DNA of 64,000 nucleotides from Eledone cirrhosa (GCA_964016885.1 OZ024740.1:31744001-31808000), one strand, 5' to 3'; shown: positions 13,768-33,100, counted from the first letter of the stretch. Notes: generated by a model not told the origin, from the letters alone. Translations and numbers: made by a program.

Positions 13768-16700
13768 GACTATATATGATATCAGTACAATATATAACAC
13801 TAGTGAACAGACACAGTTGACTACATATGATATCAGTACAATATATAACACTAATGTACAGACACAGTTGACTATATATGATATCATTACAATATATAAC
13901 ACTAATGTACAGATACAGTTGACTATATATGATATCAGTACAATATATAACACTAGTGTACAGACATAGTTGACTATATATGATATCAGTACAATATATA
14001 ACACTAGTGTACAGACACAGTTGACTATATATGATATTAGTACAATATGTAACACTAGTGTACAGACAAAGTTGACTATATATGATATTAGTAAAATATA
14101 TAACACTAGTGTACAGATACAGTTGACTATATATGATATCAGTACAATGTATAACACTAGTGTACAGACACAGTTGACTATATATGATATCAGTACAATA
14201 TATAACACTAGTGTACAGACACAGTTGACTATATATGATATTAGTACAATATATAACACTAGCGTACAGACACAGTTGACCATATATGATATCAGTACAA
14301 TATATAACACTAATGTACAGACACAGTTGACTATATATGATATCAGTACAATATATAACACTAATGTACAGACACAGTTGACTATATATGATATCAGTAC
14401 AACATATAACACTAATGTACAGACACAGTTGACTATATATGATATCAGTACAATATATAACACTAATGTACAGACACAGTTGACTATATATGATATCAGT
14501 ACAATATATTACACTAGTGTACAGATACAGTTGACTATATTTGATATCAGTACAATATATAACACTAGTGAACAGACAGAGTTGACTATATATGATAGCA
14601 GTACAATATATAACACTAGTGTACAGACACAGTTGACTATATATGATATTAGTACAATATGTAACACTAGTGTACAGACACAGTTGACTATATATTATAT
14701 TAGTATAATATATAACACTAGTGTACAGACACAGTTGACTATATATGATATCGGTACAATATATAACACTAGTGTACAGACACAGTTGACTATATATGAT
14801 ATTAGTACAATATGTAACACTAGGGTACAGATACAGTTGACTATATATGATATCAGTACAATATATAACACTAATGTACAGACACAGTTGACTATATATG
14901 ATATCAGTACAATATGTAACACTAGTGTACAGACACAGTTGAATATTTATGATATCACTACAATATGTAAAACTAGTGTACAGACACTGTTGACTATATA
15001 TGATATCAGTACAATATGTAACACTAGTGTACAGACACAGTTGACTATATATGATATCAGTACAATATATAACACTAGTGTACAGACACAGTTGACTATA
15101 TACGATATCAGTACAATATGTAACACTAGTGTACAGACACAGTTGACTATATATGATATCAGTACAATATGTAACACTAGTGTACAGACACAGTTGACTA
15201 TATATGATATCAGTACAATATATAACACTAATGTACAGACACAGTTGACTATATATGATATCAGTACAATATATAACACTAGTGTACAGACACAGTTGAC
15301 TATATATGATATCAGTACAATATATAACACTAGTGTACAGACACAGTTGACTATATATGATATCCGTACAATATATAACACTAGTGTACAGACACAGTTG
15401 ACTATATATGATATCAGTACAATATGTAACACTAGTGTACAGACACAGTTGACTATATATGATATCAGTACAATATATAACACTAATGTTCAGACACAGT
15501 TGACTATATATGATATCAGTACAATATATAACACTAGTGTACAGACAAAGTTGACTATATATGATATCAGTACAATATATAACACTAGTGTACAGACACA
15601 GTTGACTATATATGATATCAGTACAATATGTAACACTAGTGTACAGACACAGTTGACCATATATGATATCAGTACAATATATAACACTGATGTACAGACA
15701 CAGTTGACTATATATGATATCAGTACAATATATAACACTAGTGTACAGACACAGTTGACTATATATGATATCAGTACAATATATAACACTAATGTACAGA
15801 CACAGTTGACTATATATGATATCAGTACAATATATAACACTAATGTGCAGACACAGTTGACTATATATGATATCAGTACAATATATAACACTAATGTACA
15901 GACACAGTTGACTATATATGATATCAGTACAATATATAACACTAATGTGCAGACACAGTTGACTATATATGATATCAGTACAATATATAACACTAGTGTA
16001 CAGATACAGTTGACTATATATGATATCAGTACAATATGTAACACTAGTGTACAGACACAGTTGACTATATATGATATCAGTACAATATGTAACACTAGTG
16101 TACAGACACAGTTGACTATATATGATATCAGTACAATATATAACACTAACGTACAGACACAGTTGACTATATATGATATCAGTACAATATATAACACTAG
16201 TGTACAGACACAGTTGACTATATATGATATCAGTACAATATGTAACACTAGTGTACAGACACAGTTGACTATGTATGATATCAGTACAATATATAACACT
16301 AATGTACAGACACATTTGACTATATATGATATCAGTACAATATATAACACTAGTGTACAGACACAGTTGACTATATATGATATCAGTACAATATATAACA
16401 CTAATGTACAGACACAGTTGACTATATATGATATCAGTACAATATATAACACTAATGTGCAGACACAGTTGACTATATATGATATCAGTACAATATGTAA
16501 CACTAGTGTACAGACACAGTTGACTATATATGATATCAGTACAATATATAACACTAATGTACAGACACTGTTGACTATATATGATATCAGTACAATATAT
16601 AACACTAATGAACAGACACAGTTGACTATATATGATATCAGTACAATATATAACACTAATGTGCAGACACAGTTGACTATATATGATATCAGTACAATAT

Positions 16701-17591
16701 ATAACACTAGTGTACAGATACAGTTGACTATATATGATATCAGTATGATATGTAACACTAGTGTACAGACACAGTTGACTATATATGATATCAGTACAAT
16801 ATGTAACACTAGTGTACAGACACAGTTGACTATATATGATATCAGTACAATATATAACACTAATGTACAGACACAGTTGACTATATATGATATCAGTACA
16901 ATATATAACACTAGTGTACAGACACAGTTGACTATATATGATATCAGTACAATATGTAACACTAGTGTACAGACACAGTTGACTATGTATGATATCAGTA
17001 CAATATATAACACTAATGTACAGACACATTTGACTATATATGATATCAGTACAATATATAACACTAGTGTACAGACACAGTTGACTATATATGATATCAG
17101 TACAATATGTAACACTAGTGTACAGACACAGTTGACTATGTATGATATCAGTACGATATATAACACTAATGTACAGACACATTTGACTATATATGATATC
17201 AGTACAATATGTAACACTAGTGTACAGACACAGTTGACTATATATGATATCAGTACAACATATAACACTAGTGTACAGAAACAGTTGACTATATATATCA
17301 GTACAATATATAACACTAGTGAACAGACACAGTTGACTATATATGATATCAGTACAATATATAACACTAGTGTACAGACACAGTTGACTATATATGATAT
17401 CAGTACAATATATAACACTAATGTACAGACACAGTTGACTATATATGATATCAGTACAATATATAACACTAGTGTACAGACACAGTTGACTATATATAAT
17501 ATCAGTACAATGTATAACACTAGTGTACAGACACATTTGACTATATATGATACCAGTACAACATATAATATTAGTGTACAGACACACACTT
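13768..17591 (+). repeat. HOR unit, 75 monomers, 3824 bp
   Basis: 3824 = 75x51-1 (indels -3, +2). Same variant order as neighbouring units. Confidence 0.9.
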
Positions 17592-20500
17592 GACTATATA
17601 TGATATCAGTACAATATATAACACTAGTGAACAGACACAGTTGACTACATATGATATCAGTACAATATATAACACTAATGTACAGACACAGTTGACTATA
17701 TATGATATCATTACAATATATAACACTAATGTACAGATACAGTTGACTATATATGATATCAGTACAATATATAACACTAGTGTACAGACATAGTTGACTA
17801 TACATGATATCAGTACAATATATAACACTAGTGTACAGACACAGTTGACTATATATGATATTAGTACAATATGTAACACTAGTGTACAGACAAAGTTGAC
17901 TATATATGATATTAGTAAAATATATAACACTAGTGTACAGATACAGTTGACTATATATGATATCAGTACAATGTATAACACTAGTGTACAGACACAGTTG
18001 ACTATATATGATATCAGTACAATATATAACACTAGTGTACAGACACAGTTGACTATATATGATATCAGTACAATATATTACACTAGTGTACAGATACAGT
18101 TGACTATATTTGATATCAGTACAATATATAACACTAGTGAACAGACAGAGTTGACTATATATGATAGCAGTACAATATATAACACTAGTGTACAGACACA
18201 GTTGACTATATATGATATTAGTACAATATGTAACACTAGTGTACAGACACAGTTGACTATATATTATATTAGTATAATATATAACACTAGTGTACAGACA
18301 CAGTTGACTATATATGATATCGGTACAATATATAACACTAGTGTACAGACACAGTTGACTATATATGATATTAGTACAATATGTAACACTAGGGTACAGA
18401 TACAGTTGACTATATATGATATCAGTACAATATATAACACTAATGTACAGACACAGTTGACTATATATGATATCAGTACAATATGTAACACTAGTGTACA
18501 GACACAGTTGAATATTTATGATATCACTACAATATGTAAAACTAGTGTACAGACACTGTTGACTATATATGATATCAGTACAATATGTAACACTAGTGTA
18601 CAGACACAGTTGACTATATATGATATCAGTACAATATATAACACTAGTGTACAGACACAGTTGACTATATACGATATCAGTACAATATGTAACACTAGTG
18701 TACAGACACAGTTGACTATATATGATATCAGTACAATATGTAACACTAGTGTACAGACACAGTTGACTATATATGATATCAGTACAATATATAACACTAA
18801 TGTACAGACACAGTTGACTATATATGATATCAGTACAATATATAACACTAGTGTACAGACACAGTTGACTATATATGATATCAGTACAATATATAACACT
18901 AGTGTACAGACACAGTTGACTATATATGATATCCGTACAATATATAACACTAGTGTACAGACACAGTTGACTATATATGATATCAGTACAATATGTAACA
19001 CTAGTGTACAGACACAGTTGACTATATATGATATCAGTACAATATATAACACTAATGTTCAGACACAGTTGACTATATATGATATCAGTACAATATATAA
19101 CACTAGTGTACAGACAAAGTTGACTATATATGATATCAGTACAATATATAACACTAGTGTACAGACACAGTTGACTATATATGATATCAGTACAATATGT
19201 AACACTAGTGTACAGACACAGTTGACCATATATGATATCAGTACAATATATAACACTAATGTACAGACACAGTTGACTATATATGATATCAGTACAATAT
19301 ATAACACTAGTGTACAGACACAGTTGACTATATATGATATCAGTACAATATATAACACTAATGTACAGACACAGTTGACTATATATGATATCAGTACAAT
19401 ATATAACACTAATGTGCAGACACAGTTGACTATATATGATATCAGTACAATATGTAACACTAGTGTACAGACACAGTTGACTATATATGATATCAGTACA
19501 ATATATAACACTAATGTACAGACACAGTTGACTATATATGATATCAGTACAATATATAACACTAATGTGCAGACACAGTTGACTATATATGATATCAGTA
19601 CAATATATAACACTAGTGTACAGATACAGTTGACTATATATCATATCAGTACAATATGTAACACTAGTGTACAGACACAGTTGACTATATATGATATCAG
19701 TACAATATGTAACACTAGTGTACAGACACAGTTGACTATATATGATATCAGTACAATATATAACACTAACGTACAGACACAGTTGACTATATATGATATC
19801 AGTACAATATATAACACTAGTGTACAGACACAGTTGACTATATATGATATCAGTACAATATGTAACACTAGTGTACAGACACAGTTGACTATGTATGATA
19901 TCAGTACAATATATAACACTAATGTACAGACACATTTGACTATATATGATATCAGTACAATATATAACACTAGTGTACAGACACAGTTGACTATATATGA
20001 TATCAGTACAATATATAACACTAATGTACAGACACAGTTGACTATATATGATATCAGTACAATATATAACACTAATGTGCAGACACAGTTGACTATATAT
20101 GATATCAGTACAATATGTAACACTAGTGTACAGACACAGTTGACTATATATGATATCAGTACAATATATAACACTAATGTACAGACACTGTTGACTATAT
20201 ATGATATCAGTACAATATATAACACTAATGAACAGACACAGTTGACTATATATGATATCAGTACAATATATAACACTAATGTGCAGACACAGTTGACTAT
20301 ATATGATATCAGTACAATATATAACACTAGTGTACAGATACAGTTGACTATATATGATATCAGTATGATATGTAACACTAGTGTACAGACACAGTTGACT
20401 ATATATGATATCAGTACAATATGTAACACTAGTGTACAGACACAGTTGACTATATATGATATCAGTACAATATATAACACTAATGTACAGACACAGTTGA

Positions 20501-21211
20501 CTATATATGATATCAGTACAATATATAACACTAGTGTACAGACACAGTTGACTATATATGATATCAGTACAATATGTAACACTAGTGTACAGACACAGTT
20601 GACTATGTATGATATCAGTACAATATATAACACTAATGTACAGACACATTTGACTATATATGATATCAGTACAATATATAACACTAGTGTACAGACACAG
20701 TTGACTATATATGATATCAGTACAATATGTAACACTAGTGTACAGACACAGTTGACTATGTATGATATCAGTACGATATATAACACTAATGTACAGACAC
20801 ATTTGACTATATATGATATCAGTACAATATGTAACACTAGTGTACAGACACAGTTGACTATATATGATATCAGTACAACATATAACACTAGTGTACAGAA
20901 ACAGTTGACTATATATATCAGTACAATATATAACACTAGTGAACAGACACAGTTGACTATATATGATATCAGTACAATATATAACACTAGTGTACAGACA
21001 CAGTTGACTATATATGATATCAGTACAATATATAACACTAATGTACAGACACAGTTGACTATATATGATATCAGTACAATATATAACACTAGCGTACAGA
21101 CACAGTTGACTATATATAATATCAGTACAATGTATAACACTAGTGTACAGACACATTTGACTATATATGATACCAGTACAACATATAATATTAGTGTACA
21201 GACACACACTT
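17592..21211 (+). repeat. HOR unit, 71 monomers, 3620 bp
   Basis: 3620 = 71x51-1. Same variant order with whole-monomer losses near 18050. Confidence 0.9.
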
Positions 21212-24200
21212 GACTATATATGATATCAGTACAATATATAACACTAGTGAACAGACACAGTTGACTACATATGATATCAGTACAATATATAACACTAATG
21301 TACAGACACAGTTGACTATATATGATATCATTACAATATATAACACTAATGTACAGATACAGTTGACTATATATGATATCAGTACAATCTATAACACTAG
21401 TGTACAGACATAGTTGACTATATATGATATCAGTACAATATATAACACTAGTGTACAGACACAGTTGACTATATATGATATTAGTACAATATGTAACACT
21501 AGTGTACAGACAAAGTTGACTATATATGATATAAGTAAAATATATAACACTAGTGTACAGATACAGTTGACTATATATGATATCAGTACAATGTATAACA
21601 CTAGTGTACAGACACAGTTGACTATATATGATATCAGTACAATGTATAACACTAGTGTACAGACACAGTTGACTATATATGATATTAGTACAATATATAA
21701 CACTAGCGTACAGACACAGTTGACCATATATGATATCAGTACAATATATAACACTAATGTACAGACACAGTTGACTATATATGATATCAGTACAATATAT
21801 AACACTAATGTACAGACACAGTTGACTATATATGATATCAGTACAACATATAACACTAATGTACAGACACAGTTGACTATATATGATATCAGTACAATAT
21901 ATAACACTAATGTACAGACACAGTTGACTATATATGATATCAGTACAATATATTACACTAGTGTACAGATACAGTTGACTATATTTGATATCAGTACAAT
22001 ATATAACACTAGTGAACAGACAGAGTTGACTATATATGATAGCAGTACAATATATAACACTAGTGTACAGACACAGTTGACTATATATGATATTAGTACA
22101 ATATGTAACACTAGTGTACAGACACAGTTGACTATATATTATATTAGTATAATATATAACACTAGTGTACAGACACAGTTGACTATATATGATATCGGTA
22201 CAATATATAACACTAGTGTACAGACACAGTTGACTATATATGATATCAGTACAATATGTAACACTAGTGTACAGATACAGTTGACTATATATGAGATCAG
22301 TACAATATATAACACTAATGTACAGACACAGTTGACTATATATGATATCAGTACAATATGTAACACTAGTGTACAGACACAGTTGAATATTTATGATATC
22401 ACTACAATATGTAAAACTAGTGTACAGACACTGTTGACTATATATGATATCAGTACAATATGTAACACTAGTGTACAGACACAGTTGACTATATATGATA
22501 TCAGTACAATATATAACACTAGTGTACAGACACAGTTGACTATATACGATATCAGTACAATATGTAACACTAGTGTACAGACACAGTTGACTATATATGA
22601 TATCAGTACAATATGTAACACTAGTGTACAGACACAGTTGACTATATATGATATCAGTACAATATATAACACTAATGTACAGACACAGTTGACTATATAT
22701 GATATCAGTACAATATATAACACTAGTGTACAGACACAGTTGACTATATATGATATCAGTACAATATATAACACTAGTGTACAGACACAGTTGACTATAT
22801 ATGATATCCGTACAATATATAACACTAGTGTACAGACACAGTTGACTATATATGATATCAGTACAATATGTAACACTAGTGTACAGACACAGTTGACTAT
22901 ATATGATATCAGTACAATATATAACACTAATGTTCAGACACAGTTGACTATATATGATATCAGTACAATATATAACACTAGTGTACAGACAAAGTTGACT
23001 ATATATGATATCAGTACAATATATAACACTAGTGTACAGACACAGTTGACTATATATGATATCAGTACAATATGTAACACTAGTGTACAGACACAGTTGA
23101 CCATATATGATATCAGTACAATATATAACACTAATGTGCAGACACAGTTGACTATATATGATATCAGTACAATATGTAACACTAGTGTACAGACACAGTT
23201 GACTATATATGATATCAGTACAATATATAACACTAATGTACAGACACTGTTGACTATATATGATATCAGTACAATATATAACACTAATGAACAGACACAG
23301 TTGACTATATATGATATCAGTACAATATATAACACTAATGTACAGACACAGTTGACTATATATGATATCAGTACAATATATAACACTAATGTGCAGACAC
23401 AGTTGACTATATATGATATCAGTACAATATATAACACTAGTGTACAGATACAGTTGACTATATATGATATCAGTACAATATGTAACACTAGTGTACAGAC
23501 ACAGTTGACTATATATGATATCAGTACAATATGTAACACTAGTGTACAGACACAGTTGACTATATATGATATCAGTACAATATATAACACTAACGTACAG
23601 ACACAGTTGACTATATATGATATCAGTACAATATATAACACTAGTGTGCAGACACAGTTGACTATATATGATATCAGTACAATATGTAACACTAGTGTAC
23701 AGACACAGTTGACTATGTATGATATCAGTACAATATATAACACTAATGTACAGACACATTTGACTATATATGATATCAGTACAATATATAACACTAGTGT
23801 ACAGACACAGTTGACTATATATGATATCAGTACAATATATAACACTAATGTACAGACACAGTTGACTATATATGATATCAGTACAATATATAACACTAAT
23901 GTGCAGACACAGTTGACTATATATGATATCAGTACAATATGTAACACTAGTGTACAGACACAGTTGACTATATATGATATCAGTACAATATATAACACTA
24001 ATGTACAGACACTGTTGACTATATATGATATCAGTACAATATATAACACTAATGAACAGACACAGTTGACTATATATGATATCAGTACAATATATAACAC
24101 TAATGTACAGACACAGTTGACTATATATGATATCAGTACAATATATAACACCAATGTGCAGACACAGTTGACTATATATGATATCAGTACAATATATAAC

Positions 24201-27177
24201 ACTAGTGTACAGATACAGTTGACTATATATGATATCAGTACAATATGTAACACTAGTGTACAGACACAGTTGACTATATATGATATCAGTACAATATGTA
24301 ACACTAGTGTACAGACACAGTTGACTATATATGATATCAGTACAATATATAACACTAATGTACAGACACAGTTGACTATATATGATATCAGTACAATATA
24401 TAACACTAATGTACAGACACATTTGACTATATATGATATCAGTACAATATATAACACTAGTGTACAGACACAGTTGACTATATATGATATCAGTACAATA
24501 TGTAACACTAGTGTACAGACACAGTTGACTATATATGATATCAGTACAATATATAACACTAATGTACAGACACTGTTGACTATATATGATATCAGTACAA
24601 TATATAACACTAGTGAACAGACAGAGTTGACTATATATGATATCAGTACAATATATAACACTAGTGTACAGACACAGTTGACTATATATGATATTAGTAC
24701 AATATGTAACACTAGTGTACAGACACAGTTGACTATATATTATATTAGTATAATATATAACACTAGTGTACAGACACAGTTGACTATATATGATATCGGT
24801 ACAATATATAACACTAGTGTACAGACACAGTTGACTATATATGATATCAGTACAATATGTAACACTAGTGTACAGATACAGTTGACTATATATGATATCA
24901 GTACAATATATAACACTAATGTACAGACACAGTTGACTATATATGATATCAGTACAATATGTAACACTAGTGTACAGACACAGTTGAAAATTTATGATAT
25001 CACTACAATATGTAAAACTAGTGTACAGACACTGTTGACTATATATGATATCAGTACAATATGTAACACTAGTGTACAGACACAGTTGACTATATATGAT
25101 ATCAGTACAATATATAACACTAGTGTACAGACACAGTTGACTATATACGATATCAGTACAATATGTAACACTAGTGTACAGACACAGTTGACTATATATG
25201 ATATCAGTACAATATGTAACACTAGTGTACAGACACAGTTGACTATATATGATATCAGTACAATATATAACACTAATGTACAGACACAGTTGACTATATA
25301 TGATATCAGTACAATATATAACACTAGTGTACAGACACAGTTGACTATATATGATATCAGTACAATATATAACACTAGTGTACAGACACAGTTGACTATA
25401 TATGATATCAGTACAATATGTAACACTAGTGTACAGACACAGTTGACCATATATGATATCAGTACAATATATAACACTAATGTACAGACACAGTTGACTA
25501 TATATGATATCAGTACAATATATAACACTAGTGTACAGACACAGTTGACTATATATGATATCAGTACAATATATAACACTAATGTACAGACACAGTTGAC
25601 TATATATGATATCAGTACAATATATAACACTAATGTGCAGACACAGTTGACTATATATGATATCAGTACAATATGTAACACTAGTGTACAGACACAGTTG
25701 ACTATATATGATATCAGTACAATATATAACACTAATGTACAGACACTGTTGACTATATATGATATCAGTACAATATATAACACTAATGAACAGACACAGT
25801 TGACTATATATGATATCAGTACAATATATAACACTAATGTACAGACACAGTTGACTATATATGATATCAGTACAATATATAACACTAATGTGCAGACACA
25901 GTTGACTATATATGATATCAGTACAATATATAACACTAGTGTACAGATACAGTTGACTATATATGATATCAGTACAATATGTAACACTAGTGTACAGACA
26001 CAGTTGACTATATATGATATCAGTACAATATGTAACACTAGTGTACAGACACAGTTGACTATATATGATATCAGTACAATATATAACACTAACGTACAGA
26101 CACAGTTGACTATATATGATATCAGTACAATATATAACACTAGTGTGCAGACACAGTTGACTATATATGATATCAGTACAATATGTAACACTAGTGTACA
26201 GACACAGTTGACTATGTATGATATCAGTACAATATATAACACTAATATACAGACACATTTGACTATATATGATATCAGTACAATATATAACACTAGTGTA
26301 CAGACACAGTTGACTATATATGATATCAGTACAATATATAACACTAATGTACAGACACAGTTGACTATATATGATATCAGTACAATATATAACACTAATG
26401 TGCAGACACAGTTGACTATATATGATATCAGTACAATATGTAACACTAGTGTACAGACACAGTTGACTATATATGATATCAGTACAATATATAACACTAA
26501 TGTACAGACACTGTTGACTATATATGATATCAGTACTATATATAACACTAATGAACAGACACAGTTGACTATATATGATATCAGTACAATATATAACACT
26601 AATGTACAGACACATTTGACTATATATGATATCAGTACAATATATAACACTAGTGTACAGACACAGTTGACTATATATGATATCAGTACAATATGTAACA
26701 CTAGTGTACAGACACAGTTGACTATGTATGATATCAGTACAATATATAACACTAATGTACAGACACATTTGACTATATATGATATCAGTACAATATGTAA
26801 CACTAGTGTACAGACACAGTTGACTATATATGATATCAGTACAACATATAACACTAGTGTACAGAAACAGTTGACTATATATATCAGTACAATATATAAC
26901 ACTAGTGAACAGACACAGTTGACTATATATGATATCAGTACAATATATAACACTAGTGTACAGACACAGTTGACTATATATGATATCAGTACAATATATA
27001 ACACTAATGTACAGACACAGTTGACTATATATGATATCAGTACAATATATAACACTAGTGTACAGACGCAGTTGACTATATATGATATCAGTACAATGTA
27101 TAACACTAGTGTACAGACACATTTGACTATATATGATACCAGTACAACATATAATATTAGTGTACAGACACACACTT
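21212..27177 (+). repeat. Expanded HOR unit, 117 monomers, 5966 bp, containing an internal 2601-bp-offset duplication
   Basis: 5966 = 117x51-1. Marker pairs 22139/24740 and 22391/24992 are 2601 bp (51 monomers) apart. Confidence 0.88.
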
Positions 27178-30100
27178 GACTATATATGATATCATTACAA
27201 TATATAACACTAATGTACAGATACAGTTGACTATATATGATATCAGTACAATGTATAACACTAGTGTACAGACACAGTTGACTATATATGATATCAGTAC
27301 AATATATAACACTAGTGTACAGACACAGTTGACTATATATGATATTAGTACAATATATAACACTAGCGTACAGACACAGTTGACCATATATGATATCAGT
27401 ACAAAATATAACACTAATGTACAGACACAGTTGACTATATATGATATCAGTACAATATATAACACTAATGTGCAGACACAGTTGACTATATATGATATCA
27501 GTACAATATGTAACACTAGTGTACAGACACAGTTGACTATATATGATATCACTACAATATGTAACACTAGTGTACAGACACAGTTGACTATATATGATAT
27601 CAGTACAATATATAGCACTAATGTACAGATACAGTTGACTATATCTGATATCAGTACAATATATAACACTAATGTACAGACACATTTGACTATATATGAT
27701 ATCAGTACAATATGTAACACTAGTGTACAGACACAGTTGACTATATATGATATCAGTACAACATATAACACTAGTGTACAGACACAGTTGAGTATATATG
27801 ATATCAGTACAATATATAACACTAGTGTACAGACACAGTTGACTATATATGATATCAGTACAATATGTAACACTAGTGTACAGACACAGTTGACTATATA
27901 TGATATCAGTACAATATATAACACTAGTGTACAGACACAGTTGACTATATATGATATCAGTACAATATATAACACTAGTGTACAGACATAGTTGACTATA
28001 TATGATATCAGTACAATATATAACACTAATGTACAGACACAGTTGACTATATATGATATCAGTACAATATATAACACTAGTGTACAGACACAGTTGACTA
28101 TATATCATATCAGTACAATATATAACACTAGTGTACAGACACAGTTGACTATATATGATATCAGTACAATATGTAACACTAGTGTACAGACACAGTTGAC
28201 CATATATGATATCAGTACAATATATAACACTAATGTACAGACACAGTTGACTATATATGATATCATTACAATATATAACACTAGTGTACAGACACAGTTG
28301 ACTATATATGATATCAGTACAATATATAACACTAGTGTACAGACACAGTTGACTATATATGATATCAGTACATTATGTAACACTAGTGTACAGACACAGT
28401 TGACTATATATGATATCAGTACAATATATAACACTAATGTACAGACACAGTTGACTATATATGATATCAGTACAATATATAACACTAGTGTACAGACACA
28501 GTTGACTATATATGATATCAGTACAATATATAACACTAATGTACAGACACAGTTGACTATATATGATATCAGTACAATATGTAACACTAGTGTACAGACA
28601 CAGTTGACTATATATGATATCAGTACAATATGTAACACTAGTGTACAAACACAGTTGACTATATATGATATCAGTACAATATATAACACTAGTGTACAGA
28701 CACAGTTGACTATATATGATATCAGTACAATATATAACACTAGTGTACAGACACAGTTGACTATATATGATATCCGTACAATATATAACACTAGTGTACA
28801 GACACAGTTGACTATATATGATATCAGTACAATATGTAACACTAGTGTACAGACACATTTGACTATATATGATATCAGTACAATATATAACACTAATGTT
28901 CAGACACAGTTGACTATATATGATATCAGTACAATATATAACACTAGTGTACAGACAAAGTTGACTATATATGATATCAGTACAATATATAACACTAGTG
29001 TACAGACACAGTTGACTATATATGATATCAGTACAATATGTAACACTAGTGTACAGACACAGTTGACCATATATGATATCAGTACAATATATAACACTAA
29101 TGTACAGACACAGTTGACTATATATGATATCAGTACAATATATAACACTAGTGTACAGACACAGTTGACTATATATGATATCAGTACAATATATAACACT
29201 AATGTACAGACACAGTTGACTATATATGATATCAGTACAATATATAACACTAATGTACAGACACAGTTGACTATATATGATATCAGTACAGATATATAAC
29301 ACTAGTGTACAGACACAGTTGACTATATATGATATCCGTACAATATATAACACTAATGTACAGACACAGTTGACTATATATGATATCAGTACAATATATA
29401 ACACTAGTGTACAGACACAGTTGACTATATATGATATCAGTAAAATATATAACACTAGTGTACAGACACAGTTGACTATATATGATATCAGTACAATATA
29501 TAACACTAATGTGCAGACACAGTTGACTATATATGATATCAGTACAATATGTAACACTAGTGTACAGACACAGTTGACTATATATGATATCAGTACAATA
29601 TATAACACTAGTGTACAGACACAGTTGACTATATATGATATCAGTACAATATATAACACTAGTGTACAGACACAGTTGACTATATATGATGTCAGTACAA
29701 TATGTAACACTAGTGTACAGACACAGTTGACTATATATGATATCAGTACAATATATAACACTAATGTACAGACACTGTTGACTATATATGATATCAGTAC
29801 AATATATAACACTAATGAACAGACACAGTTGACTATATATGATATCAGTACAATATATAACACTAATGTACAGACACAGTTGACTATATATGATATCAGT
29901 ACAATATATAACACTAATGTGCAGACACAGTTGACTATATATGATATCAGTACAATATATAACACTAGTGTACAGATACAGTTGACTATATATGATATCA
30001 GTACAATATGTAACACTAGTGTACAGACACAGTTGACTATATATGATATCAGTACAATATATAACACTAGTGTACAGACACAGTTGACTATATATGATAT

Positions 30101-33100
30101 CAGTACAATATATAACACTAGTGTACAGACACAGTTGACTATATATGATATCAGTACAATATATAACACTAATGTACAGACACAGTTGACTATATATGAT
30201 ATCAGTACAATATATAACACTAGTGTACAGACACAGTTGACTATATATGATATCAGTATAATTTGTAACACTAGTGTACAGACACAGTTGACTATGTATG
30301 ATATCAGTACAATATATAACACTAATGTACAGACACATTTGACTATATATGATATCAGTACAATATGTAACACTAGTGTACAGACACAGTTGACTATATA
30401 TGATATCAGTACAACATATAACACTAGTGTACAGAAACAGTTGACTATATATATCAGTACAATATATAACACTAATGAACAGACACAGTTGACTATATAT
30501 GATATCAGTACAATATATAACACTAGTGTACAGACACAGTTGACTATATATGATATCAGTACAATATATAACACTAATATACAGACACAGTTGACTATAT
30601 ATGATATCAGTACAATATATAACACTAGTGTACAGACACAGTTGACTATATATGATATCAGTACAATATATAACACTAGTGTACAGACACAGTTGAATAT
30701 ATATGATATCCGTACAATATATAACACTAGTGTACAGACACAGTTGACTATATATGATATCAGTACAATATGTAACACTAGTGTACAGACACAGTTGACT
30801 ATATATGATATCAGTACAATATATAACACTAATGTTCAGACACAGTTGACTATATATGATATCAGTACAACATATAACACTAGTGTACAGACAAAGTTGA
30901 CTATATATGATATCAGTACAATATATAACACTAGTGTACAGACACAGTTGACTATATATGATATCAGTACAATATGTAACACTAGTGTACAGACACAGTT
31001 GACCATATATGATATCAGTACAATATATAACACTAATGTACAGACACAGTTGACTATATATGATATCAGTACAATATATAACACTAGTGTACAGACACAG
31101 TTGACTATATATGATATCAGTACAATATATAACACTAATGTACAGACACAGTTGACTATATATGATATCAGTACAATATATAACACTAATGTGCAGACAC
31201 AGTTGACTATATATGATATCAGTACAATATGTAACACTAGTGTACAGACACAGTTGACTATATATGATATCAGTACAATATATAACACTAATGTACAGAC
31301 ACTGTTGACTATATATGATATCAGTACAATATATAACACTAATGAACAGACACAGTTGACTATATATGATATCAGTACAATATATAACACTAATGTACAG
31401 ACACAGTTGACTATATATGATATCAGTACAATATATAACACTAATCTGCAGACACAGTTGACTATATATGATATCAGTACAATATATAACACTAGTGTAC
31501 AGATACAGTTGACTATATATGATATCAGTACAATATGTAACACTAGTGTACAGACACAGTTGACTATATATGATATCAGTACAATATGTAACACTAGTGT
31601 ACAGACACAGTTGACTATATATGATATCAGTACAATATATAACACTAACGTCCAGACACAGTTGACTATATATGATATCAGTACAATATATAACACTAGT
31701 GTGCAGACACAGTTGACTATATATGATATCAGTACAATATGTAACACTAGTGTACAGACACAGTTGACTATGTATGATATCAGTACAATATATAACACTA
31801 ATGTACAGACACATTTGACTATATATGATATCAGTACAATATATAACACTAGTGTACAGACACAGTTGACTATATATGATATCAGTACAATATATAACAC
31901 TAATGTACAGACACAGTTGACTATATATGATATCAGTACAATATATAACACTAATGTGCAGACACAGTTGACTATATATGATATCAGTACAATATGTAAC
32001 ACTAGTGTACAGACACAGTTGACTATATATGATATCAGTACAATATATAACACTAATGTACAGACACTGTTGACTATATATGATATCAGTACAATATATA
32101 ACACTAATGAACAGACACAGTTGACTATATATGATATCAGTACAATATATAACACTAATGTACAGACACAGTTGACTATATATGATATCAGTACAATATA
32201 TAACACTAATGTGCAGACACAGTTGACTATATATGATATCAGTACAATATATAACACTAGTGTACAGATACAGTTGACTATATATGATATCAGTACAATA
32301 TGTAACACTAGTGTACAGACACAGTTGACTATATATGATATCAGTACAATATGTAACACTAGTGTACAGACACAGTTGACTATATATGATATCAGTACAA
32401 TATATAACACTAATGTACAGACACAGTTGACTATATATGATATCAGTACAATATATAACACTAATGTACAGACACATTTGACTATATATGATATCAGTAC
32501 AATATATAACACTAGTGTACAGACACAGTTGACTATATATGATATCAGTACAATATGTAACACTAGTGTACAGACACAGTTGACTATGTATGATATCAGT
32601 ACAATATATAACACTAATGTACAGACACATTTGACTATATATGATATCAGTACAATATGTAACACTAGTGTACAGACACAGTTGACTATATATGATATCA
32701 GTACAACATATAACACTAGTGTACAGAAACAGTTGACTATATATATCAGTACAATATATAACACTAGTGAACAGACACAGTTGACTATATATGATATCAG
32801 TACAATATATAACACTAGTGTACAGACACAGTTGACTATATATGATATCAGTACAATATATTACACTAATGTACAGACACAGTTGACTATATATGATATC
32901 AGTACAATATATAACACTAGTGTACAGACGCAGTTGACTATATATGATATCAGTACAATGTATAACACTAGTGTACAGACACATTTGACTATATATGATA
33001 CCAGTACAACATATAATATTAGTGTACAGACACACACTTGACTATATATGATATCAGTACAATATATAACACTAGTGAACAGACACAGTTGACTACATAT